This document shows positions 8,711-19,800 of a stretch of DNA of 64,000 nt, piece after piece. The notes under the pieces are model-generated. The model was not told the DNA's origin, did no database searches, and saw only the letters and a list, made by a program, of their open reading frames with translations. The first letter of the stretch is position 1. Every line of letters begins with the position of its first letter. The translations under genes and the position numbers were made by a program. The stretch comes from an uncultured Lentisphaerota bacterium (GTDB taxonomy: Bacteria; Verrucomicrobiota; Kiritimatiellia; RFP12; UBA1067): positions 41 to 64,040 of the forward strand of contig ONVK01000005.1 in NCBI GenBank assembly GCA_900321255.1, in the 5' to 3' direction.

Positions 8711-11472
8711 GGGGTCGCCGTTATCCTGTAGACGTGGCGGGAGTACGCGGGATAGGCGTCGGAGAACTCTCCGTTCTCAAAGGCGATCCTGCGGTTTTCG
8801 TAGAGCACCTCGGCAACGCCCCTGCGCGGCGCCTCGGGCGGCAGCGTGAAAACGACCTCTTCGAGAGGCCCTGCGTCGATGTTGCAGGAGAAGACATACC
8901 AGTCGTCGCCGCACTTCGACGTGCGATGGCGGAGGAGGTCCGTTCCGACCGACGCGCGCGCCGGCTCGCACAGCTCCTCCGAGAGGATGAAGTCCTTGAG
9001 TTCCTGGGCCTCGCGGTTGAAATCCACCATCGCCTGCCAGTTGGCCCTGGAGCCGACCATGTTGATGAACCAGGTGACTCCCGAGCAGCCGGCGCATATC
9101 GCGCCCCAGCTCTGCGCGAACTGCTCGCCGTACGACGGCTGCTTGTAGTGTATCGAGTTTGCGCCCGTGAGGAAGAACCAGCAGGGAACGCCGGGCCGCG
9201 CCTTCATCATCTCGTCGACGTTGCGGAGCACCTGGTCGACCGTGTTGAACTCCGCTGCGGTGAGATAGGCGTCGAGCATGAAGATGTCTGTCCTCAGGTC
9301 GGCGAACCGGCTCGGAAAGCCGAACGTCGTGTTGTTCATCTGCACCGGGGTGTAGGGATAGTGCTTCTTCTCCTCGATCATGAAGTCGCGCACCTCGTCG
9401 CTGGGCCGGGCAAGCTCCGGCTCGTCGGTCGCCACGCGGCTGATGATGTTGTCGTAGTGCATCAGCCGCGCACGCGTCTCTGCGCGCGTCTCGGTCTTGC
9501 CGTCCTGGTCTCCCGTCCAGAGAATAAAGTCCATGCCGAGGTCGCGGCCTGCGTCTAGCATCTCGATCGCCATGTCCGTCAGCTTCCTGTCCGAGAAGGT
9601 GCAGATGTGCACATAGCGGAAGCCGCGCCTCTTCATGATCTCGAGCTGCTCGTAGCGCCCGTTCCTGTTCTTCGGGTTTTCGCGGTTCAGGAGGCAGTTG
9701 GCAGCCATCAGGACCTTTTCGCCGCCGTGGACCACGGAACGCGAGAATCGGTTCACCTGCGTGGCGCCCTTCCAGTAGGGGAGCTTCACGACTTCCACGG
9801 GCCAGCTGCGGCCATGCGCCCTTACGGAGACGGCGTTCGTGCCGCATGGCATCTTCGTGATGTCGAGCGAGACCTCCTCGACGGCGCCCTTCTCGTCCCA
9901 GATGCGCCAGCGCGCCTCCGGCTCGTTCATGTAGAAATCGAGTCTTCCGAGCACGACCGGCTCCGCGGACGACTTCTTCGCCGCGGCGACGCGCGCCCAT
10001 TTCGCGTACACGTCTGCGGGCAGGTCAAGCGAAGCCCAGTATGCATCGTCTCGGAAGTCGCCGTTCTTCGAATAGGATGTGCCGGGGCACTGCGGGTTGA
10101 CGCTGTGGCGGTCGTTGCGGCCGAGATTGAAGAGCCAGTGCCGGTCCATGCCGTTCTCGGCTATGTCTGCGAATGGGACCGCGACGAGATACTCGACGGC
10201 TCCGCCAGCATCGCGCGCCTTCACCGTCCAGCCGCCGTCCCACGTCTTGTCCTCGCCGTACGCATCGGCGCGGCTTCCGTTCGGCGCGCAGAAAAGGTGG
10301 TAGTTCTTCTTCTCCTCGGTCGGACGCAGGAGCACCTCGACCGAGTCGCTCATGCAGATTCCCGTATCGTCCTTGAAGTACGACGCGTGCCTGAGCTGCG
10401 AGACATCCTCCCCGTAGTTGCGGAAGCCGATGTAGAGCCTGTCGTCGTCGCACGCGAGGAAAGCCTGCGTGCGGTTGATCGGCTCCTGGCGCCTGATGTA
10501 GAACTTCCCCGCATTCGTCGCGAACTTCTCCCATGTCGAGATGTCCACGCTCGGCTTCACTCCGACGGGGAGCTTTTTCACCTGTATGGTCGGCGGGCGC
10601 TCGACCTTGTCCTGCGCCCCGAAGCGCGACGCGTCAAGGTCGCTCGGCCGCCATTCGGTCGCGCCGTCGCCGAATTCGAGCTGGAGGTCGTCGAGCCAGA
10701 TGCGCCCGTCGTACATGCCGGGTTCCTGGACGCAGAACGTGACGGGGCTGAAAAGCCCGGGAGCCGGCATGTTCGTCGTGGAGACCTCGTAGCGTCTCCA
10801 TTCCGTGGAGAGGTCGAAAGTGCGCCTCTCCTGGCCAAGGCCCACGGTGATCTTCATCCCGGGCCTGTCGGCCTTCATCCAGCCGGTGAAGACGCCGTGC
10901 GCGCCCTTGCGCGTCGCGGTGCGCCACGGATAGAAGCTGAGTTGCCCCCAAAGCCCGTTTACGGCGAGCCTGAGCGACTGGCGGCCCGAATGCCGTTCGG
11001 CGGCATCTACCGCAAAGCTCTCCGTCCACTTCTCGTACTCCTCGCCGGAGTGGTCGCGCCAGTTGAAGCTGCCGCGGTTGCAGTAGTATGGCGGCACGCC
11101 GTCTTCGTCGTGCTCGAAGCCGGAGTTGACGATGAGGTTCGGGGAGGCGTTGGCGTCTTCGGGGAGCGACACCACGACGTCGTCGATGATGCGCGCGCGG
11201 TTGCGCGCCGCGAACACCACGGCCGGGTTCTTCCCTCGGTCGCATTCAACGCGGTTCGGCCTGCGTTCCTCGCCCTCGGCCCACTCGAGGACATACTTCT
11301 CGGGCACCGAGCCGCGCCAGACCGCCTTCGCGCCGGGCATTACGACAAGATGGCCGCCTTCGCTTCTTATCTCGCCATCCGCCCGCCAGTGCTCCGCGAG
11401 CGTCTGGTTGGTCGCAAAGTCGTCGGTGAAGACGCTTATCGCGGCAAGGACAAGCATTGATGCGGTCGACAT
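8707..11472 (-). CDS. Secreted multidomain putative glycoside hydrolase (CBM4/9-like + CBM9/DOMON-like + TIM-barrel-like C-terminal domain)
   Basis: 921 aa. NLIVNSGFEHDEDGVPPYY...HSGRQSLRL matches the CBM4_9 pattern. FYIRRQEP...DDRLYIGF...DSVEVLL...WLFNLGRND matches the CBM9-like pattern. The C-terminal roughly 400 aa are paralogous to 43912-47217 and contain a DEPE motif. The exact family was not identified. Confidence 0.6.
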   Translation of the reverse strand: MSTASMLVLAAISVFTDDFATNQTLAEHWRADGEIRSEGGHLVVMPGAKAVWRGSVPEKYVLEWAEGEERRPNRVECDRGKNPAVVFAARNRARIIDDVVVSLPEDANASPNLIVNSGFEHDEDGVPPYYCNRGSFNWRDHSGEEYEKWTESFAVDAAERHSGRQSLRLAVNGLWGQLSFYPWRTATRKGAHGVFTGWMKADRPGMKITVGLGQERRTFDLSTEWRRYEVSTTNMPAPGLFSPVTFCVQEPGMYDGRIWLDDLQLEFGDGATEWRPSDLDASRFGAQDKVERPPTIQVKKLPVGVKPSVDISTWEKFATNAGKFYIRRQEPINRTQAFLACDDDRLYIGFRNYGEDVSQLRHASYFKDDTGICMSDSVEVLLRPTEEKKNYHLFCAPNGSRADAYGEDKTWDGGWTVKARDAGGAVEYLVAVPFADIAENGMDRHWLFNLGRNDRHSVNPQCPGTSYSKNGDFRDDAYWASLDLPADVYAKWARVAAAKKSSAEPVVLGRLDFYMNEPEARWRIWDEKGAVEEVSLDITKMPCGTNAVSVRAHGRSWPVEVVKLPYWKGATQVNRFSRSVVHGGEKVLMAANCLLNRENPKNRNGRYEQLEIMKRRGFRYVHICTFSDRKLTDMAIEMLDAGRDLGMDFILWTGDQDGKTETRAETRARLMHYDNIISRVATDEPELARPSDEVRDFMIEEKKHYPYTPVQMNNTTFGFPSRFADLRTDIFMLDAYLTAAEFNTVDQVLRNVDEMMKARPGVPCWFFLTGANSIHYKQPSYGEQFAQSWGAICAGCSGVTWFINMVGSRANWQAMVDFNREAQELKDFILSEELCEPARASVGTDLLRHRTSKCGDDWYVFSCNIDAGPLEEVVFTLPPEAPRRGVAEVLYENRRIAFENGEFSDAYPAYSRHVYRITATP

Positions 11473-11532
11473 GTATCGCTCCTTTTGTCGTATGGACGTT
11501 CAACGGTTGGCCGCAGGCGCCCCGCGGCAAGG

Positions 11533-11763
11533 TTATTCGACGACGATCTGGTAGAAGCACGTCGGCTCGTTGGGGTCGCGCGCAATCGTGAAGAGGAGCT
11601 CGCCCGCAGTCGCGACAGGATTTTCCATGGGCACGACCTGCGCGTCCTTCAGCCCTTCGAGCGTCGTCGACTTCTTGTAGCCGTAGACATGACCGACAAT
11701 GGCATTGTCGATTGTTATCTTGATTCCGTCGCTCCCGTTGTCGAACCCGGAGATCGAGGGCTT
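11533..11763 (-). other. Shared C-terminal domain, copy 1 (ends CFYQIVVE)
   Basis: ...GHVYGYKKSTTLEGLKDAQVVPMENPVATAGELLFTIARDPNEPTCFYQIVVE* aligns with the termini at 16616-16864 and 32630-32878. Confidence 0.75.
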
Positions 11764-13296
11764 GTAGTCGTCGGGGAGCGGTTTGGTCGGATCGACTGGG
11801 TCGTCGGAAGCATCGAACTCGCCCTGGTAGCAGCCGATGTCGACCTTGCCCTTGTAGAGACGCGAATGCCCAGCCAGGTCGGTGGCGGCGGACATCCATT
11901 CAAGGACTGCGCCGTGCGCATTCAGCACCGAGCCGTCCGCGGGACGGAAGTCACCGCTCGAATAATTCGCGAACTTGATGCCCTCGTTGTCAGCGCGGCA
12001 AGAGAGATTGGAGCTGACGCCCGTAGTGTCGACATTGACAACTGTCATAAGGTCCGGATTCTCCGATGCACCTTTGAACACGCAGTTCGCGACCTGCACT
12101 CCAGCAGGTAGTCCGCTGTAGTGGAAAGTGATGCCGCAGCCGCCCTTGGTTATCTTGGCACCCTCGCACTTCCACTCTGTGTTGCCCCAGAATACGCAGT
12201 TCTCCAGCAAGGGGGTCATCGCGTCGGCCTTGCAGAACACCCCGCCGGCGTTGTCCACGAACGTGCAGTTCACGTAGGAGTCCGAGCCGAACAGCTGTAT
12301 GGGAAGTTTGTTGTCAACAAAGAGTGTGTTACGGCACTCTGGGGTTGACTGATCATTGACCCAGGGACGCGTCGAGATTCCGTTCACGGCACTGATGGCG
12401 TCAGTCTCCATGAGTGTGTCATACTTCGCCTTCGCCGCCGCATAGCAGTTGGAGACGATGCAGCGGTCGATGACGGAGTATGCCTCTCCGACGAGCGGAC
12501 CTTCGTCGATGCCGGCGAACACGCAGTCCTCGACAAGAAGGTGCGCCCTGCCGCCGGACTGCGACATGCAGATGATGCCTGTGGAAGTCGGCAGCACCGC
12601 CACTCCCATGTTCGAAAACACGCAGTTTGAAACGACCGACGAGCTGTGCAGCATCACGACGCTCCAGGCCTGGCGCGTACAGGCGTCAAACGTCGAGTTC
12701 TCCACCCAGAAACTTCCGCAAACCGCGCCGCCCTGCGAGACAGAGTTGTCGCCATGCGAACCGCAGGCCTTGAAGTCGCAACCGGTAATGACCGGATAGT
12801 TTGCGCGAGCTTCGATTCCGCTGCTGCCAACGTCCGCACCGTCGGATGTAGCCATGCCGCCCGCGCGCTTGCCGTGGCAGTTGACGAACTCGCAGTCGCG
12901 GATTTCGAATCCTGACATGGCATTGTCGCCCGAGGAGACATACACCGTGGCATTGTCATTGAGGTCTGAGGCGTTCTGGATCGTCAAGCCGGAAATCTTG
13001 ACGTTAGGCGCGTGCACGTAGAATACAGCGTTAGCCCTGGCCGGTTCTGCCGTCGAGCCACCGTCAAGAATCGTAAGACCCTTGCCTGCACCTGTTATCG
13101 TCACAGACTTGGTAATTGTGATCTCATTCGTAACCTCATACAAACCCTCATTGAGGATAATCTCGTCGCCGCTGGAAGCGGTGGAGATTGCCTTGGAGAG
13201 TCCGGCAAAGTCACTTACCGTGGTTTGCGCGGCACCGGCGGTGAATGAAATGCTCGCGACAAGCGCGGCTGTTGCTATGAGAGTTTTCGTGTTCAT
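11533..13296 (-). CDS. Secreted right-handed beta-helix (pectate-lyase-fold, choice-of-anchor-Q-like) protein with a (C/G)FYQIVVE C-terminal domain
   Basis: 587 aa with a signal peptide (MNTKTLIATAALVASISFTAGA). It has repeated NC/ENS beta-helix rungs and a DIGCYQ motif. The last 76 aa are homologous to the C-termini of the two giant proteins. Confidence 0.7.
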   Translation of the reverse strand: MNTKTLIATAALVASISFTAGAAQTTVSDFAGLSKAISTASSGDEIILNEGLYEVTNEITITKSVTITGAGKGLTILDGGSTAEPARANAVFYVHAPNVKISGLTIQNASDLNDNATVYVSSGDNAMSGFEIRDCEFVNCHGKRAGGMATSDGADVGSSGIEARANYPVITGCDFKACGSHGDNSVSQGGAVCGSFWVENSTFDACTRQAWSVVMLHSSSVVSNCVFSNMGVAVLPTSTGIICMSQSGGRAHLLVEDCVFAGIDEGPLVGEAYSVIDRCIVSNCYAAAKAKYDTLMETDAISAVNGISTRPWVNDQSTPECRNTLFVDNKLPIQLFGSDSYVNCTFVDNAGGVFCKADAMTPLLENCVFWGNTEWKCEGAKITKGGCGITFHYSGLPAGVQVANCVFKGASENPDLMTVVNVDTTGVSSNLSCRADNEGIKFANYSSGDFRPADGSVLNAHGAVLEWMSAATDLAGHSRLYKGKVDIGCYQGEFDASDDPVDPTKPLPDDYKPSISGFDNGSDGIKITIDNAIVGHVYGYKKSTTLEGLKDAQVVPMENPVATAGELLFTIARDPNEPTCFYQIVVE

Positions 13297-13334
13297 GACG
13301 CGGATATTTTCGCAAATACCCGCCCGTCAAGCAA

Positions 13335-13350
13335 CTACTCACATGGGTAA
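13335..13350 (-). promoter_or_regulatory. Palindromic operator (degenerate copy) abutting a -35 element, upstream of 11533-13296
   Basis: The minus strand reads TTACCCATGTGAGTAG followed immediately by TTGCTTGACG. There is one mismatch to TACCCAnnTGGGTA. The -10 is less clear (AAAATA). Confidence 0.5.
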
Positions 13351-13366
13351 TTCGTTCAAACAAGGA

Positions 13367-14494
13367 TCAGAGGCCAAGCTCCGCGGCTTGCCTGGCGGCG
13401 ACGCGCTCCGACTCTACAGCGGCCGCGGCGCGGTCGATCTGAAGACCGAAGGCCGCGCCTTCCACGCTGCCGCGGTCACCGATCGGCTCGTCGCCGAAAT
13501 GCGTCGCCATGATGGAGAAGATGCGCGAGAAGTTCGCGTCGCAGGAGCTGAAGTGCGTATCCTTCTCGCTTATGCGGTTGGTGAGTACGACCTCCACCGC
13601 GTCAAGGCCCGGATCGATCAGGAAATAGCATCCCGTGGCGCCCGCGTGCCCGACGGCTTCCATCGTGTTGACGTCGGCGAAGTACTGCCCGAACCCAACG
13701 AACCCGGACTTCGCGAAGAAAGCCGGCGTGCGGTTGAATTCCGGCTTGAGGCAGCGGCGGAGAAGCGCGTCGACGCCCTGCGGCGTGAGAATGCCGTTCC
13801 TTCGCGTGCGGCGGATGTCGAGGAGATGGCGGCCGAACCTGACAAGGTCGGGCGCGGTAATCTGAAGCCCAGCCTGGCCCTGGTGCGCCGCGAAAGCCGA
13901 ATGCTCCATGCCGAGCGGACGGAAGATGCGGTCGCGAGCAAGATCAGCGACATCCGCCGCCCCCGTCACCTTCTCGCAAATCTCGGCGAGGATGTCGTAA
14001 CCCTGCGACATGTAGCGGAATCTCTCGTTAACCTCCGCTTCCTTGAACATGGTCTCGTAAAACTCGTCGTGACGCCCTGCGTCCACCGATTTCGCCACAT
14101 GGCCCGTCTTGTTGCGCCAGCCGGAGGTGTGGGTCATCAGGCTGATGATAGGCACGTCCGCGCCCTTGAACTCGGGAATGTACTTCTGCACATAGTCGAG
14201 AAGCGACACCTTCCCCTCTTCGGACAGCTGCATCAGCAGAGTCGCGGTGAAGACCTTCGTGATGGAGGCGACGTGAACAGGCGTGTTCTCGTCAAATCCC
14301 TTCCAGCCCTTCTCGGCGACGAAGCTGTAGCGCGTCTTCCCGTGCTGCTCGTAGGCGCAGCTCATGCACTTGAGCGCACCACCCTCGAATTCGCCCGTGA
14401 GAAAGGCGTCCACGCGCGCCTTCGCGCCGCCGTCGGCCGCGATTGCGGAGACGGAGAGGATTGCGGTCATGGCTGCGATTGCGTTGACTTTCAT
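13367..14494 (-). CDS. Serine hydrolase of the beta-lactamase/PBP4* (class C-like) family
   Basis: 375 aa with a signal peptide and the SxxK motif in VHVASITKVFTATLLMQL. Fold-typical YxN-like and HAGATG segments are also present. Confidence 0.75.
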   Translation of the reverse strand: MKVNAIAAMTAILSVSAIAADGGAKARVDAFLTGEFEGGALKCMSCAYEQHGKTRYSFVAEKGWKGFDENTPVHVASITKVFTATLLMQLSEEGKVSLLDYVQKYIPEFKGADVPIISLMTHTSGWRNKTGHVAKSVDAGRHDEFYETMFKEAEVNERFRYMSQGYDILAEICEKVTGAADVADLARDRIFRPLGMEHSAFAAHQGQAGLQITAPDLVRFGRHLLDIRRTRRNGILTPQGVDALLRRCLKPEFNRTPAFFAKSGFVGFGQYFADVNTMEAVGHAGATGCYFLIDPGLDAVEVVLTNRISEKDTHFSSCDANFSRIFSIMATHFGDEPIGDRGSVEGAAFGLQIDRAAAAVESERVAARQAAELGL

Positions 14495-14507
14495 GTCATT
14501 GTTCCTT

Positions 14508-16610
14508 TCATTTCAGATTCAATGTCGGCCGGCGCTCCCCGGCGAGATCCTTCTCGCGCAAAAGGCGCCATGCGTTCTCGCGAATGTCGTCCATCCCCTT
14601 GCGCAGGTGGCCGCAGGGAAGAGGGAACAGTCTGACGAGATGCGTCGCATGCCCCGGCACGGAGGCCTCGTACTTGTCGAGGAACACGCCGACGTCCTCC
14701 TGCCGCCACACGTCGCGGACGCGCCATTTGCACATCAGCCCGGCCGTCGCGAGGTCGAACGGCACGACCTGCTCGCGGTTCGACGTGTTGTAGAGGCCCG
14801 CGGCTATCGAGCCGTCGGCGAGCGGACGCGCCCAGATCTCCCACCCATCCCCCTCGGCAATGCATCCTGCGCCCTTCCCGAGCGGATCCTGGTCGATCTC
14901 GACCACTTCGTCGTTCGAAAGGAGCGAGAGCGTGAAGTCGTCGATCTTCGTGAGATCGCAGCCGATGAGCAGCGGCGCGGCGAGGAGCGACCAGAGCGAC
15001 ACGTGCGTGTACTGCTCGTTCGGCGCGAGGCGCGACGGCCCACCGTCGTTCCAGCATACGTTTCCGACGCAGAGCATGTCGGGGTCGTTCCACGCGCCGG
15101 GCTCGGTGTAGTAGAAGAGCTTCTTCTGCTTCTCGATTGCCGCGGAGACCGAGCTCCACGTGTCGAACACGTCGCCCGTCGTGCGCCAGCTCTGCGCACC
15201 GACGAGCCGCCCCCACGCGCTCACGTTCTCCATGCCGTACTGGCAGAGCGAGAAGTAGATGTCGCGCTCCTGGTGCGCGAGCGCACGCCCCATGACGAGA
15301 TACGGATACATCGCGCGGTCGAGCCCCTTGCCGAAAGCGACGTCGTCGTAGAAGCACCAGTCGTGCTTCAGGTAGTCGAAACCCCAGCCCGCGAACGTCT
15401 TCGCGTCGAACTCCTCGTGCTGCCAGCTTCCCGCGGCGCGCCCGCAGGTAAAGGGACCCGGGCTCGAGTAGATGCCGGCCTTGAGGCCCTTCGCGTGGAT
15501 GTGGTCCACCAGCCCCTTCATGTCGGGGAAGCGCCGGTTCGCGGCGATTCGCCCCTCGTCATCGCGCAGCGGCCCATCGAGGTCGGGATCCTCCTTCGCG
15601 CGCTCGGGGATGTTCTGCCAGAAGTCGTCGATGTTGACGTAGGCGTATCCGTGGTCGGCAAGCCCCGTCGCAACGAGCGCATCCGCCGCCGCGCGCACCT
15701 TCGCGTCCGACACGCTGCCGCCGAAGGCGTTCCAGCTGCTCCAGCCGAGCGCGGGCGTAAGGCCTATCTTCTCCCCGACTTTGATCGTCAGCGTCTTCTC
15801 GGCCTTGCCACAGGCGTTTTCCGCGGCGATCGTCACGGGATAGTCGCCGGGCTCTTTTATCGAGCCGGTGATGACGCGCGTATCGGGGTTGAAGAACAGC
15901 CCCGTCTGCGCCGCAGCGAAGTCGTCTCGGTCTACCGCCTCGACTTTCAACTTTGGACTTTTAACTTTCAATTTCATCGGCCGCCGGCCGGTGACGGGCA
16001 CGCGATAGAGGATCGGCTTGCCAGGACGCACGCCGTAGACGCACGGACCGTTCACGCGCGGCGCATCCGCCGCGGGCGGCGTGAGAATGCCGAGCTGGCG
16101 CGAGGTCTTCCGGACGTCGTTCGGGAGCCGCGCGCCGTCGCGGCACAGGACGCGCGCCTCGCCCCAGACCGCGAGAACGCCTTCGCCGGACCCTTCGACC
16201 GGATCGACCGCCAGCGTCATCGCCTGCACGCCCGTCACGTCGACATGCGCCTTCACCTCCTCCTTGTCGCCGAAGGCCGTCTGCGGCGAAACCCAGAGCT
16301 CACGGCCGTCGCCAAGGACGCGCAGCACGACGGCCCCCTTTGCGCCGGACTTGTCGACGCCGCACGAGGCCTCGAACGAAAGCGCCTCGCCGCCAAGCGG
16401 AATCTCCACTGCGAACGCCGCCGGCATCCGCATCCCGAAGAAGTGCTTGTGCGCGGACGTGGAGAACCGCTTCTCAAGCGCCGTGCAGGCGACTTCGACC
16501 GCGCCTTTCCCGCGCACGACCCTCGAGACGTCGAACTGCTCGCAGGGGATCTGCTGCCCGGCAAACGCCGTTCCCGCGGCGACAAGCGCCCATGCCAACA
16601 ACCTTTTCAT
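14508..16610 (-). CDS. GH27 alpha-galactosidase with an N-terminal NPCBM-like carbohydrate-binding module and an Ig-like linker
   Basis: LGWSSWNAFG...YVNIDDFWQ...GLKAGIYSSPG...YLKHDWC is the GH27 signature. The N-terminal segment (FEASCGVDKSG...VLRVLGDG) is NPCBM-like. ATG 16610 is preferred over the tracked GTG at 16619 because GGAG lies 9 nt upstream. Confidence 0.85.
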   Translation of the reverse strand: MKRLLAWALVAAGTAFAGQQIPCEQFDVSRVVRGKGAVEVACTALEKRFSTSAHKHFFGMRMPAAFAVEIPLGGEALSFEASCGVDKSGAKGAVVLRVLGDGRELWVSPQTAFGDKEEVKAHVDVTGVQAMTLAVDPVEGSGEGVLAVWGEARVLCRDGARLPNDVRKTSRQLGILTPPAADAPRVNGPCVYGVRPGKPILYRVPVTGRRPMKLKVKSPKLKVEAVDRDDFAAAQTGLFFNPDTRVITGSIKEPGDYPVTIAAENACGKAEKTLTIKVGEKIGLTPALGWSSWNAFGGSVSDAKVRAAADALVATGLADHGYAYVNIDDFWQNIPERAKEDPDLDGPLRDDEGRIAANRRFPDMKGLVDHIHAKGLKAGIYSSPGPFTCGRAAGSWQHEEFDAKTFAGWGFDYLKHDWCFYDDVAFGKGLDRAMYPYLVMGRALAHQERDIYFSLCQYGMENVSAWGRLVGAQSWRTTGDVFDTWSSVSAAIEKQKKLFYYTEPGAWNDPDMLCVGNVCWNDGGPSRLAPNEQYTHVSLWSLLAAPLLIGCDLTKIDDFTLSLLSNDEVVEIDQDPLGKGAGCIAEGDGWEIWARPLADGSIAAGLYNTSNREQVVPFDLATAGLMCKWRVRDVWRQEDVGVFLDKYEASVPGHATHLVRLFPLPCGHLRKGMDDIRENAWRLLREKDLAGERRPTLNLK

Positions 16611-16615
16611 GTCCG

Positions 16616-16864
16616 TCACTCCACGACTATCTGGTAGAAGCCACTCGGCTCGTTCTCCGCTTTCGGAATCTCGAGCGTCAGCACACCGTCCGCCGACGCG
16701 GGATTTTCGAAATACACGACGGGCGCGTCCTTGAGCCCTGCGAGGGTTACGGACTTCCTGTAGCCGTACCGATGACCCGCCGCGGCGTTGCCGATAGTGA
16801 TGGACACCTTGTCGGACGACACGGCGAACGGAACCTCAACCCCTTCGCCTCCGATCACCGGCGC
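16616..16864 (-). other. Shared C-terminal domain, copy 2 (ends GFYQIVVE)
   Basis: APVIGGEGVEVPFAVSSDKVSITIGNAAAGHRYGYRKSVTLAGLKDAPVVYFENPASADGVLTLEIPKAENEPSGFYQIVVE*. It is also similar at nucleotide level to 32630-32878. Confidence 0.8.
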
Positions 16865-19800
16865 GTCGGGCTCGGTTGCCGAGCCGCTTCCGCCGAGCCC
16901 CGTCAGCTTCAGCGCGCAGATGCGGCTAACGGTCGTTGCAGTCACCGTGAAGCCAAGAACAGTCTTGGTCGTAGTCGCGCCGCCGTCCGAGACGAGATAG
17001 ACGCCGTACGAGCCGTCGCTCAGCTGCGGACCGAGCGCGATTCCCTCGTACACGATCATGTTGTCTTTGTCCGTGCCATGGAAGTCGATCAGCGGCGACC
17101 CCTTCTCGACCGCGGTGAACTGCGCGTTAGTAAGCGCCGATACGCCGGAGACTTCCGTTGCCGCGGCAAGCGCACCTGTCGTGATGCGGTAGATGCGGCA
17201 GCGCCCCCAAGTCGCCGTGCTGACTTCGCGCTCGAGCGCGAGGAGCGATCCGTCGGGCAGCGCGCAGAGACCCGAGAGCCCGCTCTGCGCGGAGATCGTA
17301 TCTGCGCACGGATCGCATGCATACGCCCACTCTCCCGCCGCCGTCCATCCGTCCTGCGCCGTCGTGCGCGTAAAGCGTGTCAGGCGCACGACCGTGCTAA
17401 CCGTCGTATTTCCGCTTGACGATTCGCCGTCGCACGTGAGCGCCTGTTCGTTCGCGGTCCACATCGTGAGTCCATCAGGCGAGATCGTCAGGGACTCTAG
17501 CGACAGGTTGGAGCGCAGATGCTCGCGCTGGACTGCAGGGACGGGCGCGGTTCGTCCCGTAGCCGTTCCGTCAAGCGCAAACTCTGCAATCGACGGCGGC
17601 TCCCATTCGTCGCTGATCCACAGAGCGCCGGAGAGCGGATCGCGCGCAAGCCCCTCGGAGTTACGGCATCCCGCCGGCGTAACCGCCGCGCCGAGCGTCT
17701 GGCTCTCGATGGCGCCTGTCGCAGAATTGATGCCGATCGTCAGCGGATATATCTTCGCATATCCGTCGTTGTCGTCATGGTCCTGCAATACATAGAACAA
17801 TCCGCCCTCTCCGGAATACGTGATGCCGCCGCATCCGTTCGCGCCAAATGGATATTCCGCAATCTTCGCGAGATGCAGAGTGTTGGTGGTGTCCGGTCCT
17901 GGGACGATCGGCTCGACCGTCTCGCCGCCGCCCGATCCTCCGCCACCCGAACTCTCGCCAAGGTCGCGCACCTGCACGGCGGCGACGAATCGTCCGGCGC
18001 CGGATCCGCCCATCTTGAACGTGACGACGTGCGACGCGGCCTCTGCCGTAAACGAACCGTAGACCGTCGCGCCGGAGGATCCGTTCCCGTTCTGGATGCT
18101 GACGGACGGCAAATCACCGATCGTGATGTAGGCGTTGCCATACGAGTTGCGCGCCAGTATCTGCAGGAGATACGCGTGGCCCGCTGTCAATCCCGAAAGC
18201 GTCAAATGGATTTCTCCCATGCCGGTGTCCACGCCGAAGTTCCAGGCCGTGCCAAGGAGCGAGCTACTTCCCGCGTCCGCGCCCGCATTGACGAAGGCGG
18301 GACTGAATGAGATGTTCGCTGACGAAAGATCGGCCCCGGCCTGAAACGTAACATCACCCAAGGTGCGGTCGGTCGAAGCGCCGCGATAGGCATAGAGAAG
18401 CATGCCTTCGGTGCGGAGCATCGTTTCGTCAGACGCAGGCAATGTCGCAACGGTCCAGTCGACCATAGGCACGGGATCATCTCCTCCGCCCGACCCACCT
18501 CCGCTTGTCTGCTGCACGATCGGATAGTCGGCGGCGACGAACGTCTTGTTGCCTGCGAGCGTGAATACGACCGGGTTGCCGCTCACGATCTCGTAGCCCT
18601 CGGCTGCGGCAAAATTAACAGTTACCTGCGTATTCGAGACAATCGTGTAACTGCCCGCAACCGCCGCCACAGCGACGCCGTTCGTCGTAACGGAATCAAG
18701 GTCAAGCCCCGTCATTGCGGGAATCGTCAGCTCGCAGACCAGCGTCACAGGATCGGGATCGACAGGATCGTCGCCACCGCCGCCGCCCTCGCCAAGGTTT
18801 CGCACCTGTATGGCGTTGAGCACGCGGCGCCCACCAGAGCCGGAAAAAGCAATCTCGACGTTCGCAGTCGCGCCAGCGGCCTCGAACACGCCCGTGAATA
18901 TCGCACCGTACTTGGCGTCGTCGCCCTGCAGTCCGACCGGCCCCTTTCCGCCGATGGAGATATTCACTCCGGGCGACCAATTGTGGTGCGCCAGTATCTG
19001 GACCAAGTAGCGGTTCCCGGCCGTCAGCCCCTTGAGCGTCAGCGTTGCGCTGTTCTGGTTCTGGCTCCACACCCATGTGTTCGCGAGCATCTTCCCGAAG
19101 TCGCCCGAAGCGCCCTCAGAGCCCGAATTGCCGTCCGTTGCGTTGAACGCCGGCGAGATCGATGTGCCTGCGGTCTCGAGATCGGCGTCCGCCGCGAACT
19201 CGATTCCGTTGACCGTCACCGACGAGACGGCATAGGCGTAGAGGAGTGTCCCGTCCGTGCTGAAAAAGCTCCCGTTGGCCGTCGCGGCCGCGCCAGTCCA
19301 GCCGGTCTCGACGGGATCCCCGCCACTGCCGCCACCGCCGCCACCACTCGACGTAGCGATCGTGAAAGAGACCGACTTCGCCGCCGAGGTCTTGTTCTTG
19401 TCGGTAGTGATCGTGACGCCGCATGTGTATTCGCCGTCGGCGAGATTCTCAATGGAGAAGGTCGCCGTCGCGCCGGTCTGGTTCGAGAGCGCTGCGACGG
19501 GGGTCCCGCCATTTAGCGCATAGGAGACGGAATAGGAAGTGGCGTTAGTCCCGGCATCGTCCGTCCCCATCACGATGCCGGAGAGAAAAAGCGACACGCT
19601 GCTCCCGTTCGGAGTCGCGGAGACCGACCCGATCGACGGCTCGACGACCGTCGCCCCGCCTTCTCCGCCGCCACCCGATTCTCCGTCAGAAATCTCGCGG
19701 ACCTGAACGGCATTGAACGGCATCTTGCCGCTCCCGCCCTGATAGGTGATCGTCACGTCCTTCGTCGCGCCGACGGCCGTGAAGACGCCCGTGACGAGCG